64,000 nt of DNA, from the NCBI RefSeq assembly GCF_009834535.1, contig NC_045697.1:86306001-86370000 (forward strand). The letters are read 5' to 3'. The notes under the pieces were generated by a model. It made no database searches and was not told the origin of the DNA. It worked only from the letters and a program-made list of their open reading frames with translations. The position numbers and the translations under genes were made by a program. Of the stretch, positions 50,900 to 63,344 are shown piece after piece (position 1 is the stretch's first letter; every line of letters starts with the position of its first letter). The DNA comes from Camelus ferus (Eukaryota).

Positions 50900-51915
50900 C
50901 TGATAATTAAATCAGGTTCCTTGCCAACAGTCCAAAGGTTGACAACCCACTTTGTTGGTGAGGCTGTGTGAAAAGGAGCACTTTCACACATTTCAGGTGG
51001 TAGGGAGTGTGAGCCTGTCTTACAAAACTGCATGTGTATTTATCCCTTGATCAAGCACTCCCAGTTGAAGGAGCTTACCCTGAAGACAAACCTTCATAAA
51101 TATGCAAAACATAAATTATTTGCAGCATTATTTTTTGTATATATACTTTTTTATTGAAATATATTCAGTTTACAATGTGTGTCAACTTCTGGTGTACAGC
51201 ATATCCTTCAGTCATAAACAAACATACATATATTCATTTTCATATTCTTTTTCACCATAAGTTACTACAAGATATTGAATATAGTTCCCTGTGCTATACA
51301 GTAGAAACTCGTTGCTTATGTATTTTATATATATTAGTTAGTATCTGCAAATCTCAAACTACCGATTTATCCCTTCCTACCCCCTCTCCCTCCCCCGTAA
51401 CCATAAGTTTGTTGAGTTTGTTTCTGTTTGTAAATAAGTTCGTTTGTCTTTTTTTTTAGATTCCATATATAAGTGATTATTGTTTCTAATAGCATTATTT
51501 TTAATAGCAAAATATTGGAAGCAACCTCAAGGCCTATCTTAGGAGGTTGGTGTATAAACTAGTACATGCACACAGTAGAGTTCTATGCAGCTGTTAAAAA
51601 AAAAGGAAGATTTCTATATATTGATATGGACTGATTTCTAGGTTACTTTGTTAAGTGAAAAGCAAAGGACAAATGAATATAGATAGAATGCTGCCTTTTG
51701 AATAAGAAGGAAGATAAGAGTGTATGTGTGAATTTGTTAATTTTTGCCCAAAAATGCAGGCAAAAAAAGCAGGAACTAAGAAAATACATATATATTTTTA
51801 ATGGAGTTAAAGGGATAGAGATGGGAATAAGACTTCCTTGAGTATAAATTTTTACATGGCTTTGACTTTAAATTATGTAAATATTTTAAATAATCCCAAA
51901 CATAAAATTAAAACA
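50900..51915 (+). mobile_element. Old L1M 3' region with a nested younger minus-strand L1 3' end (about 51135-51478)
   Basis: gttggtgaggctgtgtgaaaaggagcactttcacac; ttgttaagtgaaaagcaa. Confidence 0.75.
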
Positions 51916-51916
51916 A

Positions 51917-52300
51917 TGTGGTAAATACTGAAATATGCCCCCTAGATCTTCTTTCAAGGAATCACGGCTGCCCAGCTGTGGGGAATGCAGACCACAGACA
52001 GCCTCCAGCTGTCAGTTCCTTCAGGGTTTGCCTCAGCTGCAGATGAACCGCCAGTCACACCCTTCCTGGGCAACCACATCCTGTGACTGAGCCACAGGGG
52101 ATGCGGGTGAAATGTTAAAGGTACAGAGCTCCCCCCCTCCCCCAAAGCTGAGGCTTTATTTGGCTTGCATCACAGTTTGTCTTCTCACTTTTCCTAAATC
52201 CTGTTTCCTCTCCCTTCTCTTCACAGGTATTGATCTCTAATAAACACCCTGCACCCTAAACTCCATCTCAGCGTCTGTTTCCCAAGAACCCAGCCTGCAA
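51917..52300 (+). mobile_element. LTR16A-like 5' LTR
   Basis: tctaataaacaccctgcaccctaaactccatctcagcgtctgtttcccaagaaccca. Confidence 0.85.
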
Positions 52301-55300
52301 TTGTTGCAGCCAAGAGCTGGCTGGTAACAAGGACCCCTTCACTGGTGGCAGGTGGAGTGCAGCAGCCCCTGGCACAAGGCAGTGGTCCAGTTGTTCACTG
52401 GTGATGAGTGGGAGGGGTGTACAGTGGAAGGAAATGCACTAACAGGTGTTCTGGATCTCCTCTGAGAAGCATAGAGGAGACAGTAGCTCTGAGGATTGCA
52501 GTACTGGGTGGTATTGTGAGCTCCACTGATGCTCAACAGAAAGACAGTGAAGAGCTGAGGGCCAGTTAAAGATTTAAAAAGCCTCTAGAAGCCCAGAGGC
52601 CTCTTTGTTTACATACAGATAAGCTCAACTCCTATAGGGAGAGCAGAGAAAGTTGAGGGTCGTGTTCAGACTTTGCAGTCTGAGTGGCTGAATTTCAAAG
52701 TTAATGTCCAACAATGTCTGTTACATCAAAGTCAGGGCTCTGGTGGGGAAAACTTGGGCAACTGACTCTGAGATGGAGACATCTGGGCTAATGCTTCTAA
52801 AGATTTTGACTCCCCTGAACCTTCTGAGCCTGTTGAATGTCCCCACTCCTCCCTATTAAAATCTAGCACTGCAGCCACTCTGGAAGAAATCACAGAGGCC
52901 TCTCTCCCACAAGGCAACAAGCACCCCCTCGAGATCTGCCCCCATCTCTGCTTCTGGCCTGTAGGCCTATAATTAGGGTTAAATCACAAACTAATACAGC
53001 TGGGAATGAGCTGGGCCTGATAAGGGAGGCCAGAAATGATACCCTAAAGGAGCTGCAAGACCATTCTAGCAGGTATTGGGAACTGGGAGGATATGTATTG
53101 ACTGGATTCTGAACATGCTGACCAAAGGAAGAGTGTACTGACCAGGGAACACTCTGCGAAGATACAGTATCTAATAGCCTTCAAAGGCCCCGGAGATGGT
53201 GTAAGCTTACTCCTAAAATGACTCCTAGAGCCATAGAAAAACCTGCCCACCTGATACCCACATCATGGGCCACACTGAGCAGAGTTAAAATCCAGAGTCA
53301 CTGTGGTAGACAGGAGAGGAAGGGACTAAAAAGATTGGGGAGGTGAGCATGCTTGGATGGATTTAGTATGATAATGAGAAGTCTTGGCAAATGATTATGT
53401 TCCACAGGGAGGTCCAGAGGACATGCCATTTACTAAGGCTGTGGAAGGAACTGGTGAGAGGGCCACCAGCATCCACAAAAATTTTAATGGAGGAACCTCC
53501 TTGTAGGTCAGGGCTGCTGGTTGTTATAGAACTTAGCTCACTGATAGGAATGAGGATGATAGAATCCCAAAAGAATAGAAGGCAGGGGGTGGCACTTAAG
53601 AGCCAGAGGACAGCAATTATTGTAATGGCGAGCAAGGTCAGGTTGGAAGTCAAGGGAAGTTAGAGATTATTAATAGAATCAAACACCCCCAGGGGTAAAC
53701 TATGTAGCTTATACCAGCAGAAGCAATGAAGGATAGATGACCAAAGGCTGAGCAATATGATTACTTGCCCGGTTCTGCACTTGAGCCAGGTTTCAGATGA
53801 AAAACTAAGAGGTGTCAGGGTCCCTGGGAGAAAGGACCCTGTAACACCATGGCAAATAAACGTGGTGACGATTTCCCCAGTCTTTCCCTGAAGAGACTTG
53901 TGGCCATTTGTTTGGGTAACTAGGCACTTAGGAAAAGAAAATGTCCAGGTATTCAAGGTGTCTAGGTGACATTGTAATCTGGAGTGCTGAAGCATCATCA
54001 TGGTCCCCTGTTAGGGTTGGAAAAATATTAGGGACAGTTAATGAAGTCCCGGTCAAGACCAGGCTTACACTGCGTTCTCTGAGTCCCATTGGTCCCAATG
54101 GTTCACACTCATTGGTCATTTCCCCAGTCCCTGAATTGAGATTGATATACTTGGCAGTTGGTTTAACCCTCACATTGGCTTCTTGATCCGCAGAAAAGGA
54201 TAGAGAAGACCAAGTGGAAGCCTCTAAATTACCACCCCGCTACTGAGATCACAGATGTAAAACACAGTATTGCTTCCAAGGGCAGCAGAAATTAGTGCTG
54301 CCTTTAAGACTCTAAATGATGTGGCAGTGGTGGTCCCCATCCATTTAATTCACCAGTCTGCCCTGCAGAAACAAGACTAGTGCTGGAGGATAATTATAAA
54401 CTACTGTAAGCTCAACCAACTAGTATCCCCAATCACAGCCACCATGCCAGATGCAATAATCTTTACTGGAGAAGATTAATATTGCCTCATATATATTGAT
54501 TTAGTGAATGTATTCTTCTCTATCCCAGTCAAGAAAGAGGATCATATGGAACAGTTTTACCCCAAACCTCTGTGAACTCTCTTACCCTCTATCATAATAA
54601 AGCCTGAAGAGATTTAGACCACACAGACATTCCACAGGACATCACATTGATCCATTACATTGATGGCATTATATTGATAAAACTACATAAACAAGAAGTG
54701 GCTAGTATGCTGGAAGCCCACGTGTCCCAGAGGGTGGATGATAAGCAGTATGCAGTTTCAGGGGCATATTATAGCTGTAAAATGTTTAAAATTTCAGTGG
54801 TCAGGATTATGTTGGAATATCCCCTCTAAAATAAAAGTCAAAATATTGCGCTTGTACCTCCTTCCATGAAAAAAGAAGTGCTAGGAGGCTTTGTGTTCTA
54901 AAGGTGAGATTTCCCTGGCCCTTACACTGAGTGATGAATGGCTGCCAGCTTTGAATACAGCTGGGAGCAAGAACGGGCTCTGCAGCAGACCCAAGTTGCT
55001 ATGCAAGCAGTTCAACCACTGAGGCCACGTGATCTGCAGAACCTATGGTGTGAGGATATTAATGGTAGGAAAGGATGCTGTGTGGAGTTTGTAGCAAGTC
55101 CCAGTAAGGAAATCACAAAGCAGGGCCCATGGAGTTTTAGAGCAAGGCCATGCCATCTGTAGCAGAAAGTTATGTACCTGGACTGAAACATGGGCCTTAT
55201 AGAGGTGAAATGCCTGACCATGGGGAACCAAGTGACCACACATCAGGAATTGCCTCTCACGAGAACTTACGAATGCGTAAGATTGAGCAGGCCAGCACAA

Positions 55301-55780
55301 TCTCTTGTAAGATGGAAGTGGTACATTCAGCACTATTGAGCACAGTCAGGGCCAGAGGGTACAAAGCAAGCTGCATGTTCAAGTAACCCAGACTTTTATG
55401 ACACCCACCACTTCTCATCTCTCAGATGAAGGAGGAGGGAAAAAAAAATCTGATCTTGGTTTATGTATGGGTCAGCTCTACGTGTGAATGCAAACTAAGA
55501 TGGAAGACAGTTGCACTAGAGCTCGACAGTTTTGAGGGAAAATTATCTCAATGGGCAGAGGCCTCAAGAACAATGGCTTGGCCAAGACAATCAGTGACAA
55601 GGAGGTCTGGGTTAGAAGCATATAGGTAGACATTTGGAAGTGTACACAAAGTGAAGAGTTTTATATCACATCTTAATGCCCCCCAGAGAGCTTCCTCTAG
55701 TAGACAAAGCGATTTGGCCAGTCAGTGTTGTCCAGTGAGTGCCCACCTAAGTACTGGTGTGACAAGCACAGTATCAGTAT
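52301..55780 (+). mobile_element. Degenerate ERVL (ERV3-16A3/ERVL-E-like) internal region: gag-pro-pol remnants
   Basis: RT motifs PFNSPV, WRIIINYCKLNQ, IDLVNVFFSIPV and HYIDGIILI (YIDD decayed); many stops and frameshifts. Confidence 0.88.
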
Positions 55781-55819
55781 GATATAAGACATATCAGTAT
55801 GATATGTCTGTTTCCTGTC

Positions 55820-57360
55820 ACTAACCGCTGAAATGACCTAGAAGCAATAATCCTGCAGTAGCAATGAATACATCTAATTCTCAGATCTTGGTTTTTAAAA
55901 TACTGGTATCTAATAAAAAGGAAGCAGGAATCCTTGGAGAAATGGTTGACTCCAAACCTGAGACAGCAAAGGTAGAAAGTGAACCTGGAATATTTTTTCA
56001 TACCAAAAAAGCAAGACTGCTCAAAAGGTCACAGGAGCCAGCCTGAAGGAGCTCCCACTGACTAAACTTGGGACAATCGAACGTCAAATTGAAAAATTAT
56101 GCTAATGAATTATAACACATTGAATAAATGACAATCGTAAGTCCATAGTATTCTTTTCTATATATGAGGGAGAGGAGAGGAAAAAGGGAAAATATTTTTA
56201 TCTACCAAAAACCACAAGACAATAGATGCAGTAGAAATGGTAAGCAGGAAAATCACCATTTGCAGCCACTGCTTGACACAGGTAGGAATCAGTCGTGGAT
56301 GCTAAAATTCATAGGTAAAAAGTTATTGGGGAATAGGATATTCACACAGTTTTCAAATATCATGCCACAGATTACTTATAAATTAAAAAGAGAGAAAAAA
56401 AAGATGTAATTTTATAATGGAGAGATCTGGTGGACACCAGGATAACCAAGTAATGTGTAACTGCCTCATCAGTAATGGAGTAGCTGATATTTTTGCCTCT
56501 TGTTGTGGTGTACTGAGAAAAATACAGCATCACTTATGCTATGCTCTTGCCAGAATGTTTTGTTTCATTTTATTTTATTTTATTTTTAATTTTATTTTAT
56601 TGAGTTATAGTCACTTTACAATATTGTGTCAATTTCCAGTGTAGAGCACAATTTTTCAATCATACATGCACATACATATATTCATTGTCACATTCTTTTT
56701 CACCATGAGCTACCACTAGATCTTGTATATATTTCCCTGTGCTATACAGTATAAACTTGTTTATCTATTCTATGTATACCTGTCAATATCTACAAATTTC
56801 GAACTCCCAGTCTGTCCCTTATCCGCCCCTTCCCCCCCTTTGCCAGAATGTTTTATCTGAATACAACCATGAGGAAACAAATCTATTCAATCCAGATTAT
56901 GGGACAATTTTACAATAGAACAGGCCTTCCAAAATGTCAATGATTAAAAGAAAAAAAAGTGCAGTATCTCTTCTATGTTAAAGATGATTAAACTCTTCTA
57001 TAGTAAAGAAATGCAATACATGATCTTTGATTAGATCCTGGATCAAAACCAAAAAAACAACTGGAAGGCATATTTTGGAGACAATTGGAGAAACTTGAGT
57101 GATTGGACAGTGTATTAGATTAAAATGCTGTGTTGGTGTTAAATTTCTTTGGCATGAGGATGGTACTGTGACTATGTAGCAGAATGTACTTATTCATAAG
57201 AGATACTGACTGAAGCATTTGGGGAGGAAGTATCCTGAGAGATAAAGGGAATGTGGCAAAATGCTAACAATGGGTAAATTAGACTGAAGGATAAAATAAG
57301 TGTTAATTTCATATTTGACTTCTCTGTTGGTTTGGAATTTTTTTCAAAATAAGCAGCTGG
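55820..57360 (+). mobile_element. L1MC/MD-like 3' region with a nested young L1 (56562-56839, minus strand)
   Basis: The nested copy has a 15-bp TSD ttgccagaatgtttt at 56547-56561 and 56840-56854. Confidence 0.85.
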
Positions 57361-57863
57361 GGAAGGTGCCAAATTTTCAATGGTAGTGTGATGTATTCAA
57401 ACACCGCAGAACTGATTTTGTGCTATTGGTACACAAAACAAAGCAATTTTAAAAGATAAAAAATAATTATGAACAGCAGTGCACAGTGGAGACAAGGCTG
57501 AAAAACAAATGACTTGACATGGAGGAGAAGTTTCCATCAGTCCCGGTGATACAGGGGAGAAACACGGAGGTAGACAGGGAGACGCTGCCTGTGTGGTGCA
57601 ATAGAACTTTCTGCAGCTAGAAGGAAAGTGATTTAAAAAAAAAAAAAAGAAGAAGAAGAAAAGTGATTCACAGAAATTATATGAACAGGACTCCCCCTGA
57701 AACTTAGACCATCTTCCCAGGCAGAGCAGGGCAAGAGGATGAGGATAACGGAGGGTAAGGGGAAGGGAAAGGCAGAATGAAGTAGTATGTGACCATCACT
57801 ACCAACATTCTCTGCTCCCCTCAGTAGTTTGTGTAATTGCAGAGAAATGGTGCACAGACTCAC

Positions 57864-57948
57864 TCATACTCATAAACCCTTTGTACATCCTTGGGAAAGG
57901 AGTGTGATCCTGAGGTCATCTTGGGACCTCAGTTGTCTTGGATTTTCC
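57864..57948 (-). pseudogene. Pseudo-exon, 85 nt, phase 2-0 (ENPRQLRSQDDLRITLLSQGCTKGL*V*)
   Basis: gttatttag| ... |gtgagt; phase fits both neighbours; two TGA. Confidence 0.5.
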
Positions 57949-58293
57949 TAAATAACTCATCACTCCAACCATATTGCCACTAGATGTTCTAGAATTATCC
58001 TTTTCTCTTAAAGTTGTATCATGGTCCTTCCTCCACAGGCCCTGAAGATAAGCTCTGAAATATAAGCAGTGCATGCATTGGATATTGGAGATAAATTATT
58101 GAAAAGCCAGCATTTCCTGAGCCATTATAACTATGGAATTAAGCTTTAGAAACACGTAGAGCTTTCTCTTGACAGGAAAGAAAATCGGACACAGAAAGAA
58201 AATATACAACTTTATTCCTGTTGCATAAACATTTTCTTGTTATTAATATTTCTATCTCAATAAATCAAGGTGGAGTCAATAATGTAAACCTCT

Positions 58294-58494
58294 TACTATA
58301 TATAAAATAGATAAACAACGAGGGCCTACTGCATAGCACAGGGGCCTATATTTAATTTCTTGTAATGAGCCATAATGGAAAAGAAACTGAAACTTTATGT
58401 ATGTATGTATATGTATAACTGAATCGTTTTGCTATACACCTGAAACTAACATAAATCAGCTACACTTCAATAAAAAATAAGAATTAAAAAAAAT
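58294..58494 (+). mobile_element. Cetartiodactyl L1 3' end
   Basis: 14-bp TSD taatgtaaacctct at 58280-58293 and 58495-58508. Confidence 0.92.
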
Positions 58495-58516
58495 TAATGT
58501 AAACCTCTATGTTTAC

Positions 58517-58578
58517 CTGCTCTGGGGACAGTCATGGATTCCACTGTTGGTCTTCCATACTGAGGAGACTAACTCTTT
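58517..58578 (-). pseudogene. Pseudo-exon, 62 nt, phase 0-2 (KELVSSVWKTNSGIHDCPQS)
   Basis: tttcattttctttag| ... CAG|gtaaac. Confidence 0.65.
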
Positions 58579-58664
58579 CTAAAGAAAATGAAATTTTGTT
58601 TTCAAATTAGCAACCATGTCATTTTTTTGTGCTTTTCCTTGTGAATATGTTTACATATTTACAC

Positions 58665-58723
58665 ACTGGCTCTGGTAATTGCAATTATTTTCCTTTAATG
58701 TTGTGCATAACATTTCTCCACCA
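58665..58723 (-). pseudogene. Pseudo-exon (VVEKCYAQH*RKIIAITRAS), donor position uncertain
   Basis: Strong acceptor ctctttttctctgcag|; several candidate GT donors between 58655 and 58667; in-frame TAA. Confidence 0.55.
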
Positions 58724-58873
58724 CTGCAGAGAAAAAGAGTGTTGTTGGTCAGGTCTGTGGAATACGCGTGGCAAATACCACTAGCTCAGCAGTCCTTCTC
58801 CTTAAGGAGTTTCACCTCAAGTTTTAGGTGGGCTCATGTCTTCAGATACTTCCCCATACATTACACTTCATAC

Positions 58874-58903
58874 CTGGGATGATAAAGGATGCTGGACTTC
58901 TCA
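58874..58903 (-). pseudogene. Pseudo-exon, 30 nt, phase 1-1 (RSPASFIIP)
   Basis: ttttttcatttcag| ... CAG|gtatga. Confidence 0.65.
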
Positions 58904-59136
58904 CTGAAATGAAAAAATAGATCCCGTCTTTTACGTGCTGTTTGAATGGTTGTAACATCACGCGTCCTTCCTCTTTTACGTTTCTTTCTACTCCCTCTCC
59001 TTTCACCCTCTGCATCACCCCATTTCTAAGGAAAGACGAGTCAGAGCTTTGGAAAGCAAGCGGTTCCAAATTGCATCCTATGGTTCTATTGCAGTCATGC
59101 TTGAAATGTTTCGTTCTAAATGGAATCTTAACTTAC

Positions 59137-59181
59137 GCTAGTGAAGGTATTAAACATGAGTGATAAAACTCTTATTTTTTT
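59137..59181 (-). pseudogene. Pseudo-exon, 45 nt, phase 1-1 (EKNKSFITHV*YLH*)
   Basis: ttattcttgttgaag| ... AGC|gtaagt; two stops in the phase-compatible frame. Confidence 0.5.
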
Positions 59182-59677
59182 CTTCAACAAGAATAAACCA
59201 CAATTAGGCAGGAAAAGATTTTGTAATTAAGGTTGCCAACAGTTGTCTGTAGGATGGGGGCAAAAATCACCACTTTTGTCTCACATTTACATATACTAAT
59301 TACCGTTTTAGCAAAATGTTTTGTTGCCATCTAGAGAATGTCTGACTTTTTAAAAAGTATGTTTTGATTCCATTCAGAAAAAACATCCAAGTGAGTTATT
59401 CTTTTTAAATTGATTTTTCTCACTGGAGCACAGAACAGAACTATGGAGGCTGAAACTCAGAGGAAGAATATCAAGGTCATAAGATGTTAGAGCTACAGCG
59501 GCCCTGGAGGTCGTTCAAAGCAGCCCTTTTTTGGTTCATGAAACCTGTACACAAGAGCCTCAGTGAGGTCAAGAACTGAATTGAAAATCCATCCTACAAA
59601 AATGGTACTAGAGAGTACTTGTTTTGCAGAGGTCTTGAGCTAGAAACTTGCAATTCTCTTTTGAAAACTATGGAACA

Positions 59678-59849
59678 GGGGAAGGGTATAGCTCAGTATT
59701 AGAGTGCATGCCTAGCATGTATGAGGTCCTAGGTTCAATCCTCAGTACTTCCACTAAAAAACAAATAGACAAACTTAATTATCCACCCCCACAAAAAAGA
59801 GTATATATCTATATATCTATATAGTATATATATAGATATATATTTTTTT
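59678..59849 (+). mobile_element. vic-1-type SINE with (TA)-rich tail
   Basis: ggggaagggtatagctcag...ggttcaatcc; near-TSD aaactatggaac / aaactatgaaac. Confidence 0.9.
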
Positions 59850-60199
59850 AAACTATGAAACTGAGTCTGAAAACAGTCATCTGGGACAGTATTAACAAAG
59901 ACAGCACTAAGAAGCCAAATTCCTTTTTTAAAACAAAGTAATTTTCTTTCTTAGTTAGTCTAATAGACCTGTTAGACCTTGCAAAACAGCCAGAAAATGC
60001 TTTTATTAGAAGAGCAATGCAACTCTTATACATAAGAATGAAATACTCCTATGTCTGCTGTGCATTTATAGTATTTGTTTTTATTTATTTTTCGGATGCC
60101 TAGGGGGCAGGGAGTTGAGCTAATCTTACTCCTCATTTCTTAGCACATTATCAGTATCTGTCCATATCCTTATATTCTTCTCTCACTTTAGGTCCCCAT

Positions 60200-61234
60200 T
60201 CTAATTAAAGACATTACTAGGACAAGTGTTTGTATATTTATCCTTGTAAAATATATGGTACTAGATGCAGTGCTATTTTGATGTGTATAGCATTGTGCTA
60301 TAAATCTCATTCTTTCTTTAACTCTTTTTATTATTTTTGATACCTATAAATTTGCTTTACATAAGAATAACTTCTATCTGATGTGTATTGAACCATGGTA
60401 TGCATCTATCATATTTCACATATCCATTCTTCCAGCTCCCCACAATCACTAGCAATGCCACTATGAATATCTTCAGTAATACCCCATTAAGGACTTGTGA
60501 AAAGACTTTTCTGGGATGCACCAGAATGAGATCACTGGGCCACAGGTTGTACACGTACCAAATTACTTTGAGCACAATCAGATTGTTTCCAGAATGACCA
60601 GCACCAGCTTTGCACCATTACTCACCAAACCTCAGTATCATTCATCTTTCAATAACATGATAGTTTAGCACAGCTTATTTTTAAAAATTTCCATTTCTCT
60701 GGTTACTAGTAAATTCGGGATTCTTTTGTTATGCTTGTTGGACATTGGGCTTCCTCTTCTGTGTTTCTTCATGTCCTATGCCCATCTCCCCCTTACAATC
60801 AAACTTCAAATTATACCTTCACTTGGTTTTTATGGTCCCTTGTTTTGCTTTTTATCTTGATGACTAGTTGATTTTCAAATATCGCAAATATCTTTTCTTA
60901 GGCACTTGTCTACTGAAGTTACCTGTGGTGTCTTACCCTGAACAGAAATTGTTAATGTTTTCTTTAATTTCGATGTAGTCAGCATCCGTTTTTCAACTTA
61001 TTGTTTGCCTTCAGGGTCTTGTTTAGAAAGCCTGTTCCCAGCCAAATATCATAAATACATCCTCCTATATTTTCTTCCATAAGCTCTATTGTTTACCTAG
61101 AGTCTACCTATTTGTATAGATAAGGTAGAAATACAGTTATTTCTTGATATAATGAACTACCTATCCCAACACTCCTGAAAATAGGCACTTTCATTTCTCC
61201 ATTGTTTTGGGGTGTGAATTTCATATGTTAGTTT

Positions 61235-61306
<72 letters not shown>

Positions 61307-61750
61307 TATTCTGTTTCACTGGCCTATTTATTTGTTCCTGTTCCAGTATTGCTTTGTTTTTACTAATAAGGCTTTGATTTAGTCAATACCTAGTAAGACA
61401 TGTGCCTGCTCTTTCCTCTTGTTTATTGAAATTGACTTGGGCATTTTGGGTATTCTTTTCATCAATATAAAATTTATAATGAGTTTGGTGAGTTCCTCAT
61501 ACTGTCAGCCGTGTTTATTGTGGAGCAGGGGGAATTGCATTGAATTTATATATTAAATATAATTCATACTACGCTAAATGAAAACATGAGCATAGCTATC
61601 TCTTCACTCACTCAGATCTTTTATATCCTTTAAAATTTTGTTCACAAAGGTTTATGCAGTCTTTAATGCCTCGTTCTGTTAATGGTCTTGTTAATGGTGT
61701 CCTATTTTCTGTATTTCTAGTTGGAATTGTTTAATGTAGATATATTATAA
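60200..61750 (-). mobile_element. Ancient L1ME-like fragment containing (CA)n at 61238-61303
   Basis: ggaattgcattgaatttata; caatgccactatgaatatc. Confidence 0.75.
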
Positions 61751-62649
61751 TATTTATATGTTGTGAAAAACCAAGACCACTGCTTTCAAAAGGAAACTAA
61801 TTTTTATAGTAAATTCATGTTTGTAAAGTGAAGACACTTTAAAGCCATTGTGTGTGTAGGTGTCTGTCTCCTTCCATGGGAAATCCCACACCCAATTCTA
61901 ATCTCCAATTCTACTCTGCTTAGGATCTCCATTCTAGCTTTTTTTTCCCTCAGTATTAAACATGCCCTTTAAAGAAACTAAAATGATATAAAGTCTTGCA
62001 TAACCTCCATATTCACATACTTTTAAAGGTTTTCTTTCATTTGGATTCTTCTTACATCTGATCCTTTTCCTAACTCAAAAGAGAGGGGCTTTCAAAGTGC
62101 TTTTGGACCCAAAAGCATAAAACCTGATTTTACTATCTACCAATATTTGTGTCAGCTGCTAGGGAGACAATTAGTTTATGTAAACTGAGATGAATCATGT
62201 TATAAATTGTTGGGTTTTGTAAGAATTACTATTATACTTCAGGGAAAAAGTGGCAATGGACTGCTTCTGATAGCTGTATGAATGGGGTGATGATTCAATT
62301 ATATGTTATTGAAGTGAGAGTTTATGGAAGAGGAAATATGATTAGCATTCAATAAAAGTGTACATTAGAGAATACATCCTTGGTGTATAGTAACAAGTAA
62401 ACAAATGACTGTACTTAGTTCTAATGAAAATGTGACACTGATTTGTGACCTTGGCATTACTTAGTATGTTCCATAAAAATTGCTTTTGAGAATTATAGCT
62501 ATTGCTGAGAAGTTTTCAATGGTAAGATGGGCAACATTTAAACTTAATGGGGACAGAGGAAAATTTTTAATTCCATTGTAATACTAACTGAAATATACAT
62601 TTCCTGTGCCATTAATAAAGTCAAGAGTGTAACTTTTGCTGTTACTCAC

Positions 62650-62678
62650 CTTTGCTATTACTCAGAACTTTGATTCTG
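62650..62678 (-). pseudogene. Pseudo-exon, 29 nt, phase 2-1 (RIKVLSNSK)
   Basis: tcatttctccttag| ... AAG|gtgagt. Confidence 0.65.
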
Positions 62679-63344
62679 CTAAGGAGAAATGATAGAAAAC
62701 TCAAGTCAAATTTAGGAGATTCATAATTTTAGTTTGTCTATTTGTTAACTCAGCAAAAATAGAGTCAATGCTATAGGTTTTCTGTCTAGACAAGCTCTCT
62801 CCTAAGGTTTCTGTCTCAAAATGTCTATTCTCTAAATAACTTACACTTTCTCACAGATAAATTGTACTCATATTCCCCCTACCTCATTTTGTTACAGATG
62901 AAAAAGTTCATCATTCAGTTGCAATTGCATTTTTTCAGTCTATGGAACATATCCCCATTTTGAAACATTAACCTCTCTTGGCTTCCTTGAGAAGTGGTCT
63001 CCTTCTCACCCTCTTTGCCTCTTTGTCCCTTTGTCCCATTTTGTCTGAGTCTTCTTTCTCTGTCCCTGTGATGAATTCTAGAGAGTGGTACAGCTCAGTC
63101 CTGAGCTACCCTTTAATTTCATGCCCTACTTCCTTCCAGGGTGATCCAATGTACTTTCTTGTCTTTAGTTATTAATGATATGCAAATGACTACCACAGGT
63201 ATATCCCTAGTTAGATGTAGAAGATCACCTTAAAAATGAAAACGCATCGAATAAACTAAAGAGTCAGATTTTTATTTAAAGACACAAAGAAGTATGAATG
63301 AACTAAGTTCAGAGAGGGACAAGCCCTTATGAATGAGCAGAAAC

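Noticed and set aside
52301..55780. Domesticated ERVL gag/pol gene
   Set aside because: No long retroviral ORF, the RT catalytic YIDD reads YIDG, and there are many stops and deletions.
58690..58723. VVEKCYAQH* as the true C-terminus of a separate upstream gene
   Set aside because: Further phase-compatible exons follow immediately (58578, 57948, 48962), so the stop is more simply one of many premature stops. A separate gene is not fully excluded.
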